Shown here one piece after another: positions 38,858 through 50,278 of a DNA stretch of 64,000 bases. The notes beneath the pieces were generated by a model. The model was not told where the DNA came from, did no database searches, and saw only the letters and a program-made list of their open reading frames with translations. How positions within the stretch are numbered: the stretch's first letter is position 1; each line of letters starts with the position of its first letter. Source of the stretch: an uncultured Acidobacteriota bacterium (GTDB lineage Bacteria > Acidobacteriota > UBA6911); NCBI GenBank assembly GCA_963809485.1, contig CAWEJX010000017.1, positions 96,001-160,000 of the forward strand, given 5' to 3'. The translations under genes and the position numbers were made by a program.

Positions 38858-40098
38858 ATGAATACGAGGCAGTTAATCCATAATTCTCCAGCCGCGCGCT
38901 CCAGCCTGCTGCTGAACAGGGATTATGCATTGGCGCTGCTGTCCTATTTCTTTGCCTTCTTCAGCATCGCGGTATTCTACCTTTTTCCCCTGTATCTCGA
39001 TCGCTTCCACCCGTCCAAAGCCCGCGTCGGCCTGATCATGGGCATCCACAGCGTCGCCGCCATTATGGTCCGTCCCCTTTTCGGCCGTTTCCTGGACCGG
39101 CGGGGCGGCAGGAAAGTGGCCGTTCTAGGTCTCCTCCTGATGATTATTACAATGCCCGGGTTTCACCTGGTCCAGAGCGCAGGCGTCCTGGCTGCCGTGC
39201 TTCGCGCGCTGAACGGCATCGGCTGGGGAATCGCGACCACGGCGATATGGGCGCTCTGCTCGGACCTTGCGCCCCCCGAGCGTATGGCCCACTCCCTTGG
39301 AATCATAGGCGTCGCGGGAATTGTTTCAGGCGCCATTGGCCCGACAGCCGCGGAAGAGGTCTTCCGCCGCTTTAACTTCGGAGCGGTCATGGACCTGGGT
39401 TCGGTTATGGCGGCCGCTGCTCTGCTATGCGTGGTTGCGATAAAAAAAATACCCGTCCGAGCGAATCCGGAGCAAGATCCGAATCCGGCGCGGATTTTAT
39501 GAAGCATTCGATCGCCGTTCTGCTGGTGATCGCATCCATGCCGGTCATTCACGGCGCGGTCCGGGGCACAGTCCTCAACTTCATCGCGCTCTTTGGAACC
39601 AGCGTGGGCTTCAGTCGCGTGAGCCCCTTCTTTATGGCATTCTCAGCCGCAGCCATACTGACCAGGCTGGGAATAGGCGACCTTTCGGACAGGTATGGCC
39701 GCAAAAGTGTCATCTTCCCTTCCGGAGTGCTTATCTGCCTCAACCTATTCTGGATTGCCGGAATCCGCTCTTACCCGCCGTTCGTGATCAGCGGCTTTGT
39801 GGCCGGCTTCGGACAGGGACTGCTGTTTCCTGCGCTTAGTGCTTATCTGATCGACTTTCTGGGGCGAAGCAACAAAGGCCTGGCGCTCGGCCTTTACATG
39901 TCTCTTTTTGATGTCGGCATGGGATTGGGGTCCCCGCTTTTCGGATGGGTGTCGGACCTAACCGGGTATCGCTGGATGTACGCCCTGGCGAGTTGCCTTC
40001 TGCTGGCTTCAACTATAGTATTCACCCTCAAAGCTCCCCGATTGGCCGAATCGGTCCCCGCCAACGCCAGTAATCCCCGCAGCATCATGCCTGAATAG
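38858..40098 (+). CDS. MFS transporter, split or frameshifted into halves 38858..39502 and 39499..40098
   Basis: Motif A in both halves (GRFLDRRGGR; GDLSDRYGRK); frame change in the central loop. Confidence 0.85.
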
Positions 40099-40180
40099 TC
40101 GGCGTTTGTCAGCGTTACGGGATCCTGTAACGGTCAAACTCTGCGAACCATCCAACAGAGCCCGGGGATCATCGATTTAT

Positions 40181-40849
40181 TCAGACCCGATGCTCCTTGC
40201 GCACCACTTTGCGCGCTCCGGAATACCAGGCCGTACTCCAATCCTTGGGTGGGATGATATCTTCGAGACGGTCAAGCTGGCCGATATTCTTCAGCCTGAT
40301 ATAAATGAGCTGCCAGGCGCATGGCCGTTCGGGATCCACTTCACACTGGCTCTCCAGCGAACCGCCGCAGGGCCCGTTCAGCAGTCGCTTGGCGCAGCGC
40401 GTCACCGGGCAAATCCCGCCGAATTGCGCCAGCATGCATTCACCGCAACCCAGGCACTTCTCCGTCCAGACCGCCTGCTCTTCCAGCACCCCCAGGAATT
40501 GAGTATTGAGGCCGGCATAAACCGGCTTATTCGGAAACCTCTCGGCAATCGCCTGCACTCCCGCACCACAGCCAAAAGAGACAATCGCTTCAACCCCGGA
40601 CGCCGGTTCCGCCAGATCCTTGAGAAATTCATTGTCGCACTGGCGCTCTATGGTGACCTGGGTGATTTCGAGCGTGTTACGTTCCAGCTTGCGAGCCATG
40701 CGAATGGCGTAAGAGGCAATGCCGACTTCCCGTTCGCCGCCCGCAAGGCAGACCGTCACACAGGTCCCGCAGCCTGCAAACAGGACTTTTTTATGTCCGG
40801 ATATAAGGTTCTTTACTTCGGTAATCGACTTGGGTGAAGCGACAATCAT
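40181..40849 (-). CDS. metV: MetV (methylene-THF reductase C-terminal/zinc-FeS subunit)
   Basis: GCGTCVTVC, ERQCD, GCGAGVQ, CLGCGEC, CPVTRCAKRLLNGPCGG and CEVDPERPCAW motifs. Confidence 0.9.
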   Translation of the reverse strand: MIVASPKSITEVKNLISGHKKVLFAGCGTCVTVCLAGGEREVGIASYAIRMARKLERNTLEITQVTIERQCDNEFLKDLAEPASGVEAIVSFGCGAGVQAIAERFPNKPVYAGLNTQFLGVLEEQAVWTEKCLGCGECMLAQFGGICPVTRCAKRLLNGPCGGSLESQCEVDPERPCAWQLIYIRLKNIGQLDRLEDIIPPKDWSTAWYSGARKVVRKEHRV

Positions 40850-41346
40850 ACCTTCCCTGCACTTTCCGTCTGTTCCAGCGCCCGGATGGGGCTGGGACCC
40901 AGAGCCTTAACGGTTTCCACTATTCCCCTCACATGCTGCACAAATGCCGGCGCCATGGCGTCGGAGAGATTCACCATCTGAAGCCGGCTGCCCCCAATGC
41001 CGATCTCATCAAGAATGGACCGGATCCGGTCGATACGCTTGCGGGCCCGAAGATTTCCTTCCACATAATGGCAGCCTCCCTCCAGGCACCCGACCACGAG
41101 TACTCCGTCCACACCCTTTTCAAATGCATCCAGGATATGCTCCATCTCGAGTTTCCCCGTGCATGGCGTGTGGATGATACGGACTCCGGCAGGATATTGC
41201 ATGCGCCGGGATCCCGCCAGATCCGCCGCAGCGAAGGCACAATAATTGCAGCAGAATGCGATGATTCGCGGAGCGCCGCAACGCCAGGCAGACGGGGCTG
41301 CCCGATCCTGCATTTTCGCCGACTGTCCAGTGTTCGCTGCAATCAT
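40846..41346 (-). CDS. mvhD: MvhD/FlpD [2Fe-2S] subunit
   Basis: FCCNYCAFAAADLAG, PCTGK and GCLEGGCHY..GN motifs. Confidence 0.93.
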   Translation of the reverse strand: MIAANTGQSAKMQDRAAPSAWRCGAPRIIAFCCNYCAFAAADLAGSRRMQYPAGVRIIHTPCTGKLEMEHILDAFEKGVDGVLVVGCLEGGCHYVEGNLRARKRIDRIRSILDEIGIGGSRLQMVNLSDAMAPAFVQHVRGIVETVKALGPSPIRALEQTESAGKV

Positions 41347-41348
41347 GC

Positions 41349-44300
41349 CTACCCTCCGCCAACCAGCATTTCTTCAAGCATCGCGATCATAGCGCCGGCC
41401 TCCTGGTGCCTCAGGGTAATGGATTTGGCCGGACAGGAAGCGGCGCAACTCCCGCATCCCATGCACTTGCCGCCCTGAATCTCCGATTTCCCAAGCCTGT
41501 TTATCATTGGAGCGCCGTAAGGGCACACCTTTAGGCAGGTGGTGCAGGCGACGCATTGAGCCGGATTCACAAAGGCGACCTGGCCGGCAATTTCGAGCTG
41601 AGCTTTTGAAAGAATCCTGGCCGCGCGTCCTGCGGCTGCCAGAGCCTGCGCGATTGTCTCATCGATGAACTGCGGCGAGTGAGCCATGCCGCACAGGAAT
41701 TCCCCCTCGTTGACAAGATCGACGGGGCGAAGCCTGGAATGAGCTTCCATGAAAAAGCCGTCAGCCGTTAACCCGCTGCGCAGCAGGCCCGCAATCGCCG
41801 CGTTATCCAAAGCCGGAGAGATTCCGGTCGAAAGCAAAAGGAGGTCAGGATGAAAAACCTCGTCATCGAGGCCGTCGGCGTCCCGGACACTCACGACAAG
41901 ACGGCCGTCCTCTTCCTCTATCTTCGGATCCTTGCCGTCCATGGAACGAACGAAGCGAATTCCCTCTTCCAGCGCCTGCCGGAAATACGCTTCGCGGAAT
42001 CCCTGGGTGCGCATATCCCGGCCGAGGATATGGATCCTGGCTTGCGGCAAACGGCGCCTGATTGCGAGGGCATTCTTAATCGCTTCCGCGCAACAGACAC
42101 GGCTGCAATACGGATTTTCTTCATTACGGCTTTCCACGCACTGGATCATGACGACCGTCGGATCCGGTTTGCCGATCAGCTCAGCAGGCAGGTTTCCCTC
42201 CGCCAGAGAGGCCTCAAACTCGGTCTGCGTGCGCACACGGGGGTTTCGGCCGTTCAAATATCGCTGGGTGGGTCGTTCCATCGCCCCGGTCGCAACCAGG
42301 ACCGCTCCGTGGCTCACGGGCTGCTCCCGGCCGGCCATATTCAGAACGCTTTTGAAATTTCCCACCTGCCCCGAGATTCCGGTCAGAGTCGTGTTCAGAT
42401 AAACAGTGATCTCCGGATGGGATAGGACTTTTGATATCAGCCGATGCAGGTGCCCCTGGACGTCATCGCCTTCCAGCGTAGAGCACCTGTTGCGCAATTG
42501 CCCGCCCAGAGCCGCCGTTTTTTCCGCCAGGTGTACTTTATATCCCTGACCGGCAATGTTCAGCGCAGCGGTCATTCCCGCAAGGCCTCCTCCCAGAATC
42601 AGTGCCGAGGCGGTTACGGGGATTTCGCCATTTCTCAGCGCCTTCAAATGCCTCGCCCGAGCGACAGCCATCGACACCAGATCCACCGCTTTGGCGGTCG
42701 CCGCGGCGGGGTCGTCCTGGTGGACCCAGGAGCATTGGTCGCGGATGTTCGTCATGGCAAGGAGATAGGGATTGAGGCCGTTTTCAAGCAGCGTTTCCTG
42801 GAAGAGGATCTCATGCGTGCGCGACCAGCACGAAGCCACAACCAGGCGGTTCAGCCCGTGTTGTTTGATCACTTCCCTTATGTGCCGCTGACTGTCGTCC
42901 GAGCATGCATAGAGGCCGGCCTCGGCGTGCTTCACACCCGGCAGGGCAGCGGCCCTGGCCGCCACGCGATCCACATCGACAATGGAATCGATGTTGTGCC
43001 CGCAGCGGCAGACGAAAACGCCTATGCGGGGCGGCTCGTCCGTGACATCCCGCTCCCAGGGATACTCATGGCGCCGAGTCATGGTTCCGCGGACGGTTGT
43101 GAGCAGGTCCATGGCGCAAGCGGCCGCCGCAGACGCCTGGGTCACGGATCCGGAAATTTCCTTGGGTTCCTGAAACGCGCCGGCCGTGTAAACTCCGGGT
43201 TGATTGGTTGTGACCGGCGACAGCCTCTCCGTCCGTGCAAAGCCGGACTCGTTGAGATCGATCCCCAGCCGGCGAGCCATTTCTTTCACTTTGGCCGGGA
43301 CCTGCAGCCCTGAGCTGAGCACTACCAGATCGAATTCCTGCCGTTGCTCGGCGCCATCCGGGTCCTGGAAAACGACCTGCAGACCTTTGCCGTCGGGCGA
43401 TTCCTCAACCCGGGAAGGGACGGCATGGATATAGCGAATGCCGCACTCGACGCGAGCCCGGTGGAGATAGCTGTCGAACTCTTTGCCGGAGACCCGCGTG
43501 TCCATGCAAAAGATCGCCGCCTCTATCCCCTGGTTTTGCTCCAGTGCGCCCATGGCTTCTTTGGATGCGCTCATGCAGCAGATCGATGAACAATAGGATT
43601 TGCCGCGCCTCGGATTCCGGCTTCCTACGCACTGTATGAAGGCGATGGATTTCACCACTCTGCCGTCCGACGGACGTTTGATTTGCCCGCCGGTCGGCCC
43701 GCCGGCCGAAAGCAGGCGCTCGAACTGCAGATTGGTCACCACGTCCGGATAGCGGCCGTGACCGAACTCCGCCCAGAGAGAGGCCGGAAACTCCTCGATG
43801 CCCGGAGCGGCGATAATGCTGCCGACCTCGATGTCGATTTCCGTCTGCTGTTGATCGTGGCACACCGCTTGGGCTGAGCATGCCTGGACGCACTGCATGC
43901 ATTCGCTGCAGCGGGCGCACGAAAGGCACCGTTTGGCTTCAGAGACTGCTTCGTCCGGGCTGTACCCCAGGTTGATTTCATCCCAATCCTCCAGCCTGGC
44001 GTCCGCACTTCGTTGCGGCATCCTGACGCGCTCTCTCCTGGGACCATCGGGTCCGGGATCGGGGACAGGCTTTGCCTTGGGAGCATTCACCGCGGCAGCT
44101 GAGCTCTGAAGTTTCAAAGTGCGGGGGACATGAGCAGTCTTTAGAATATACGATTCGATCGATGCGGCGGCTTTGTGGCCTTGAGCAATCGCTTCCGCAA
44201 CAGACGCGGAACCCAGCACAACGCCGCCTCCGGCAAAAATGCCTTCGATGTTTGTGGCAAGAGTGTCCTCATCCGCGCGGATTCGCCCCCCGGGACGCAG

Positions 44301-45858
44301 TTCAAATCCGAACCGGGCGGCATCGACTCCCAGGCCCGCGGCCACAATCACCGTATCCGCAGGTAGAGAAGTGATTTTGGCATCATCGAATATGGGGTCG
44401 AAGCGCCTGTACTCCTTGTCGAAAACGCTGGTGCAGGCACGAAAAATCACGCCCGTAACCTTGCCTTCGGAGTGCTCGAACCTGGTAGGGCCAAGGCCGT
44501 TATGGAAGACTACGCCTTCATCCAGAGCATCGGATACTTCCCGGGAATGGGCCTGCATTTCGGCGCGGCTTTCGAGACAGGCCAGGTGCACCGAGCGGAC
44601 GCCGGGTAGCCGAAGGGCGCAACGCGCCGCGTCGATCGCCATCTCCGAACTGCCGATCACCAGCACCCGGGCGCCAAGGACCGGCTTTTTCCCGTCGTTG
44701 ACATCGCTAAGGAAGCTCAGTCCTTCCCGGACCCCCAAAGCATCCTCTCCCGGAACGCCGAGCTTCCGGTTCAACCAGGCTCCGGTGGCAACAAACACAG
44801 CATCGAATGCTTCAGCCGCACCGGATTCATGCCCCGATTGCAGTTCGGGTTTAAGCAGATCCTTCGGCCTGGCGATATGGGTACCGGCGCGGACTTCCAC
44901 TCCCAAATCGAGTATTTGTTTGATTTCGAAATCCAGAACAGGCCTGGGCAGCCTGTAGGCCGGGATGCCGTAACGGAGCATCCCGCCGAGCTGCAGTCTG
45001 AGCATCGAATAAAGTCACTCCGAAGCCTTTCATGGCAAGATCGGCGGCGGCCGTCAGGCCGGCCGCGCCGCTCCCCATCACGGCAATCCGGGCGTGATGC
45101 CGGAGAGGCGGTGCCGTCCATGCAGCATAATCCGCAGGATTCGAATAAACATGGTCGGCGACAAACCTTTCGAGATCACGGATCGAAAGAGCCTCGTCGA
45201 TTCCATTCCGGTTGCACCCATCCTGACAGGGATGCGGACACAGCCGTCCGCACACAGCCGGAAGGGGGCAGCGCTGGCGAATAAGCTCATAGGAATCCCC
45301 GAACCGGCCCGCAGCAGCGAGAGCCAGGGCGCCCGGGACATTCACGCCCGCAGGGCAGGAACTCCTGCAGGGCGCAGGCAGGGCGGACTTCGTTATACTG
45401 AAGGCACTGGGGATAGACTGCGGGTAAGGACGGCAAACCGCCTTGCGCGTGCTCAGTCCGCAATCATGTTCATTGGGAAGATGGACCGGGCAGACCTTCT
45501 CGCAGTCGCCGCAGGCGTCGCATTTCTTAATATCGATATAGCGCGGATTCTGACGGATCTTGACCCGGAAATTTCCAGGCCCGCCGGAGACGCTTTGTAC
45601 GTCGCCAAGCGTGATGATTTCGATGTTTTTATTCCGGGCGCATTCCACCAGCTTGGGGGAAAGAATGCACATGGCGCAATCGCCGGCCGGGAAAATCCTG
45701 TCAAGCTGGGCCATTTTCCCGCCGATGGCAGGGGAGGAATCCAGCAGATAGACTTTGAAACCTCCGTCCGCCAGGTCCAGCGATGCCTGAATGCCGCTGA
45801 TTCCCGCACCGCAAACCAGCACCGCTCCGGTTTTTTCAATTTCCTGATTCCATGCCAT
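41349..45858 (-). CDS. hdrA: Large HdrA-like (HdrL-type) flavoprotein with embedded GltD-like module; one +1 frameshift near 44995-45005
   Basis: GAGISGIQASLDLA..IGGKMAQLD..DCAMC; GltD-like CPAG..VCGRLCPHPC..LGGMLRYGIP; IQCVGSR..YCSSICC; second module CRCGHNI..NIRDQCSWVH..IQCVESR..YCSRVCC; C-terminal 2x[4Fe-4S]. Joins track ORFs 44851..45858 and 41349..45005. Confidence 0.9.
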
Positions 45859-45907
45859 GAAGCCGCCTGATGATTCAAAATAAGAAATTGCTTATAACGC
45901 GCACCGG

Positions 45908-48511
45908 TCAGTTCCTGGATCCGGCCAGCACCGAAAGCTTGACCGCGCCGACCTTGCGGTAGACTTCGTGCGGAGCCCGAACCTGTCCATCCACCATCAA
46001 TAAATCTTCCAGCCGGATGCCGAAAAGGCGTTCGTTTTCCACCAGGTAAGGACGGATCAGCTGCCAATCCTTGTCGGAAAGCCCGGAAAGGACGCCGCCG
46101 TTCAGCTGTCGTTCGACCACCTGTTGATGAGGATCGCGGATGTAGATGGCTCCGCCGCTGGCAAGAGAAAATAGATTGCTGCCCGGATAGGGCACCGCGA
46201 GAGGAATGACCCTGCCGTTTCTGTCGAACCCGATGCCGTTTAGGATGATGAATCCGCCGCCGTTCAGAGGATCTCCGGCCATGAAGGATTCCGCCAGAAA
46301 ATCCAGACAGGTGCCGTTAATGACAACCCGCGGGCGGCCGACGGCATTGATCAACGGACGGCCCGCCGCGTTGCCGAGGACAAAAACGTCGCCGCCCTTG
46401 GCGCCGTACATGAACGTCTGGCCGACATCGCCATACACGACCAGCTTGCCGCTGCGGGCGATCTGGGCGACCTGGTCCTGCGCGTTGCCATGGATGTGGA
46501 TATGCAAGCCGTCCATGCCGCTTGCCGCATAATCGCCAACAGAGCCATAAAGGTCGATGCGCACGCCGTTTGTGTCCGGGCCCAGGCCTGCGCCGTGAAA
46601 GCGCTGCCCGCGCAGGCGGTAAACAACAAAGCGTGTCCAGCCCGCCTGGTAGGCAGTGCGAAGCAGAACGGCATCGCAATTGTCTCCCTCGGGGGGGAAA
46701 TCCTCCGCATCAATGATCAGAAGCTCTTCGCCTGCACGAGGCGACGACAGTTGGTTCCGGGTACCCCAGTTCACACGGCGCCAGAAGCGGCTGGCCGGTT
46801 CGCCGAACAGCGGCGCCCGGTCCAGAAGATCTTCGATCCTGTCATCGACAACGCGTATCACCGTCGCCCGGCGCTTGTCGCCGGTGTCGAAATGCCGGTC
46901 GCGAAGCATCGTCAGCAACTCAAGGGCGGTAGCGCGGGATTGGGCATTGTCGGCGCCCTCGACCACCAGGCGGCAGAACTGCTCGAGGTCGCCGGCGGAC
47001 CAGGAAGGCAGGCTGAGCGCAAAGCGGAAAAGGTTCTCCCTATCCCCTTTCTGCAGCCATTGGTTCACCAGCTCTCTCAATGCATCCGGCGCTTTGCCCG
47101 GATGGGCGGCCGGTGTCATGTCACACCGGATCGTTCCTGCATCCAGGATGACAGGGCGGCCGAACTTGTCGGCGCAGGAAAGCTTCTTGCGGCCATTTTG
47201 TTCTGTATCCACGGAAAAGATGAAGGCGCCGCCATCCGTGCTCGATCCTCCGCGGGCATTCCAGTATTTATCTGCGATGGGGCAGAAGCGCGGGTCTTCA
47301 CGGGCCAGGCTTCGCAGCGTGGCGTCGATGGCCTGTTTTTCGGAACAGATTAAACCGATCTGCACGTCCCCGCTTTCGGAAAGCGCAAATACCTGGGGAC
47401 GGAGCATGGCCGTATCTGTGATGCCCATCAATTGAACTCTCTTCAGATCCGGCTGGCTGCGGGCGATGATGAAAAACCAGGGCCCGTCCGGAGATGCGTG
47501 CATATGAGTCGCCTGGATTTGCCGGTAGACCGACTGCTTCTCCGGCGGCAACTGGTCGAAGTCCAGTTCGGTCGTCGGAGCCAGCGCTTCGATGATGTAC
47601 TCCAGGGGATACTTGTAGACCCTGTCCCACAGGTCGAACAGCTGAACCGATACTTCGGTATCGGTGAGGAACTGCTGGCGGATGTTGCGCTGGCGCAGAT
47701 ATTCGCAAACCGAATGATAATTGGCGAAATCGCCATTGTGCACCAGGGCTTCGTTCAATCCCGCGAAAGGGTGCGCACCGCCCGGATGCCATACGCGTCC
47801 CTTGGTGGGATAGCGCTGATGAGCAATCCAGGCATGGGCTTTGAAATCCTGAAGCTGGTAATACTCGACGTTTTGTTCGGCATAGCCGACCATTTTGTAA
47901 ATCAACAAATCCCTGCCGTGAGAAAGCACAAAAGCCCGCTTTTCCCCCAGGGACGCATAATACCGGTCATTCAGCCGGTAGGAATTCCGCCAGACAAACT
48001 CGTCCTCCAGGTCCCGGGGCGATAAGAGTTCGAGGCCCGTCTCGGCGGCAAAGGCATTCAATACACCGGGCTTGACTCGGACGACATAGCGGTGGACGTC
48101 CGGCGGGCGGACTTCCAGTCCTGGGATATCCCGATAATCGTCAATGTGGCTTTGCCTCTTGGATAGGGCCACCTCGAAGTGAGGGAGGACAAACTCGCGT
48201 TCGAGTTCCGCGTGGCATTCAGGGTCCAGCAGAGCGATCTGAAGCAGGTAGTGATGATCCAGCACGTCGCGGGAGACGCCCATCTGCTCGGGGGTCAGGC
48301 CGACAGCGGCAATGCCGCCGCCCTTGCCATTGCCGCGGTTCTGCATTTGGATCGACGGTTCATAAATGAACCGTCCTGCCAGCGGCACGGTGCAGGCGAA
48401 TCCCGTTACGCCGCAGCCTCCTTCTTCGGCAGTATCGGCGGAAAATGCAGATTCCTTGCCGGAGTATATCTGCGACCGGGTTGCCAGCAATTGTTCGATA
48501 ATATCTTTCAC
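45908..48511 (-). CDS. Glutamate-synthase-like subunit: class II glutamine amidotransferase fused to GXGXG beta-helix
   Basis: EEGG-CGVTG (Ntn Cys after a propeptide), NRGNG, HQRYPT, AHPF, HNGD, TDTE and DGP motifs; C-terminal GXGXG repeats. Confidence 0.9.
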   Translation of the reverse strand: MKDIIEQLLATRSQIYSGKESAFSADTAEEGGCGVTGFACTVPLAGRFIYEPSIQMQNRGNGKGGGIAAVGLTPEQMGVSRDVLDHHYLLQIALLDPECHAELEREFVLPHFEVALSKRQSHIDDYRDIPGLEVRPPDVHRYVVRVKPGVLNAFAAETGLELLSPRDLEDEFVWRNSYRLNDRYYASLGEKRAFVLSHGRDLLIYKMVGYAEQNVEYYQLQDFKAHAWIAHQRYPTKGRVWHPGGAHPFAGLNEALVHNGDFANYHSVCEYLRQRNIRQQFLTDTEVSVQLFDLWDRVYKYPLEYIIEALAPTTELDFDQLPPEKQSVYRQIQATHMHASPDGPWFFIIARSQPDLKRVQLMGITDTAMLRPQVFALSESGDVQIGLICSEKQAIDATLRSLAREDPRFCPIADKYWNARGGSSTDGGAFIFSVDTEQNGRKKLSCADKFGRPVILDAGTIRCDMTPAAHPGKAPDALRELVNQWLQKGDRENLFRFALSLPSWSAGDLEQFCRLVVEGADNAQSRATALELLTMLRDRHFDTGDKRRATVIRVVDDRIEDLLDRAPLFGEPASRFWRRVNWGTRNQLSSPRAGEELLIIDAEDFPPEGDNCDAVLLRTAYQAGWTRFVVYRLRGQRFHGAGLGPDTNGVRIDLYGSVGDYAASGMDGLHIHIHGNAQDQVAQIARSGKLVVYGDVGQTFMYGAKGGDVFVLGNAAGRPLINAVGRPRVVINGTCLDFLAESFMAGDPLNGGGFIILNGIGFDRNGRVIPLAVPYPGSNLFSLASGGAIYIRDPHQQVVERQLNGGVLSGLSDKDWQLIRPYLVENERLFGIRLEDLLMVDGQVRAPHEVYRKVGAVKLSVLAGSRN

Positions 48512-48517
48512 TCGTAT

Positions 48518-50134
48518 TTATCCTTCTTTGGCTTCCGGCCCGTCCTCGAGGTAGCAGAGTACATCGCTGCGGCCGCGAAGACTGCGAATCGACGGCATGC
48601 CCAGTTTCCTCAAAACAGCAACCATTTGCTCATGCCAGGCATTCTGGAGGTTGATAAGTCTCTGCGCGGCCCACTCCGGGCTCATCAATGTCACAAGTTC
48701 GGGATCCGTGGAGGCAATTCCGCGCGGGCAACCCCGGCCGCTTTCACAGGAGGCGCATCGCACACAGCCCAGTGCCACCATTTCAGCCGTGCCTATGACC
48801 ACGCCGTCCGCCCCCAGGGCGATGGCTTTGAGCGCGTCATAGGCTGTCCGGATGCCGCCGGATGCAATCAGCGTAATCTTCTCCCGGATGCCTTCGGCGG
48901 AGAGGAATTTGTGCACTTTGGGAATGGCATATTCGATCGGCATCGCGATATTTTTTTTGGCGATGTCGGGCGCCGCGCCCGTGCCGCCGTAGCTTCCATC
49001 CAGGTGAATAATGTGCGCCCCCGCGTAATAGCTGCCCACGGCCACCATATCCACATCCACAGGAGTGGAAACCTTGACGCTTACGAGGCATCGGGGATTG
49101 ACTTCTTTGATCCAGTCGAGATGCTTTTTGTGGTCCTCCACGCTGTAAACGCTGTGGAAGGGGAAGGGGCTGAAAAGCGCATTTCCGGGGACCGCGCCCC
49201 GCATGCGGGCGACAGCAGGGGTGTTCTTGTCGCCCAGCAGATGACCTCCGAGGCCGGGTTTGGCGCCCTGCGCATATTTGAACTCCACGATTCTCACGCG
49301 CTGGATGGTATCCTCGCGCACGCCGAAAAGGCCTGTGGCGACCTGCGTGATCACGTGGTTGTCATAGGGCTTGAGACGGTCCGGATACCCTCCCTCGCCC
49401 GTGCAGGTAAAGCTGTTCCAGGCAGCGGCAGCGCGAGCTTTGGCCAGAATAGTATGGATGCTCACGGACCCGAAACTCATCCCTCCGCCGTATACCGGGA
49501 TGTCGATATGTACCTGCGGCCGACCATCCTCCCGACGGTTCAGATCGAGGCCGGTGTCTATCTCAACAGAAGCCGCCTCCTTCAAGCCCTTTCTTCTTTC
49601 CGCAGTTTCGGAAACGACCGGACCGCCGAATCCCGCGATCTCAAATTTAAAGCGGAGCCTGTCAAAGCCGCCCCCTGATTCGCCGCAGCGATATTTCAGG
49701 TGAGGCAGCGGGGTATGGCCGGTTTCTGCCTCATACCATGTCGATAAAATCAGGTCGCTCGGCCATCGGTAATCGCCGAGACAACGGGTATTGGGATTGA
49801 GCCCGAGGGTCAGGGCTTTTTGCGGGCACCGGGCGACGCAATAATTTTCCGTTTCCGCACACGCCGGACCGATGCACCGATTGTCCCTGGGGCGCAGCAT
49901 GAGAGCATATCCTTCCGGCTTTGTGTGCACACCATACCGGCAGACCTCGGCGCACAGGCCGCAGTCAATGCAATCGGCCGAACGGCTTATTTTGTATTTG
50001 CCCAAAGGATTGCGATAACGGTCGGGCGCCGGACATATTTCGCGCCGGACCGTCTCCTGGGACCAATCCTCGGAGCCATCGGTCTCCTGCCGGATTTCGT
50101 CCTGAATGTTGAGATCGGCGATTGTTGTCTTCAT
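48518..50134 (-). CDS. Glutamate synthase FMN-binding subunit with N-terminal ferredoxin
   Basis: CIDCGLCAEVC; GMSFGS, TGEGG, QVATGLFG, KYAQGAKPGLGGHL, DGSYGGTGAA, SGGIR and CVRCASC..CPRGI motifs. Confidence 0.92.
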   Translation of the reverse strand: MKTTIADLNIQDEIRQETDGSEDWSQETVRREICPAPDRYRNPLGKYKISRSADCIDCGLCAEVCRYGVHTKPEGYALMLRPRDNRCIGPACAETENYCVARCPQKALTLGLNPNTRCLGDYRWPSDLILSTWYEAETGHTPLPHLKYRCGESGGGFDRLRFKFEIAGFGGPVVSETAERRKGLKEAASVEIDTGLDLNRREDGRPQVHIDIPVYGGGMSFGSVSIHTILAKARAAAAWNSFTCTGEGGYPDRLKPYDNHVITQVATGLFGVREDTIQRVRIVEFKYAQGAKPGLGGHLLGDKNTPAVARMRGAVPGNALFSPFPFHSVYSVEDHKKHLDWIKEVNPRCLVSVKVSTPVDVDMVAVGSYYAGAHIIHLDGSYGGTGAAPDIAKKNIAMPIEYAIPKVHKFLSAEGIREKITLIASGGIRTAYDALKAIALGADGVVIGTAEMVALGCVRCASCESGRGCPRGIASTDPELVTLMSPEWAAQRLINLQNAWHEQMVAVLRKLGMPSIRSLRGRSDVLCYLEDGPEAKEG

Positions 50135-50278
50135 GCAAGGACCTTGGTCGTATCAGAAAAAAGCCGGTCTGAAATATCCGAAGTGCCCGCCGGCGGTTCC
50201 GGGCAAGACGTAGCGGCAAAAACGGCTCCCTCAAAACATGCTGTGTTTCCCATGGTCGTTCCCGACGGACTATTCATG

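Noticed and set aside
44990-45010. Programmed frameshift in hdrA
   Set aside because: There is no slippery sequence at the site, and a similar single-base defect in tyrS points to sequencing error.
40846-45858. Selenocysteine recoding in HdrA or MvhD
   Set aside because: The relevant positions are ordinary Cys codons, and the hdrA break is a frameshift rather than an in-frame TGA.
48179-49678. Long antisense ORFs (for example 499 aa here, also 19958..21058, 34235..35257, 6229..7376)
   Set aside because: These are shadow frames opposite well-supported genes in GC-rich DNA, with no recognisable motifs.
50131-50277. 48-aa ORF between the two glutamate-synthase barrel genes
   Set aside because: Its stop overlaps the next ATG, but it has no motif or clear RBS, so support is insufficient.
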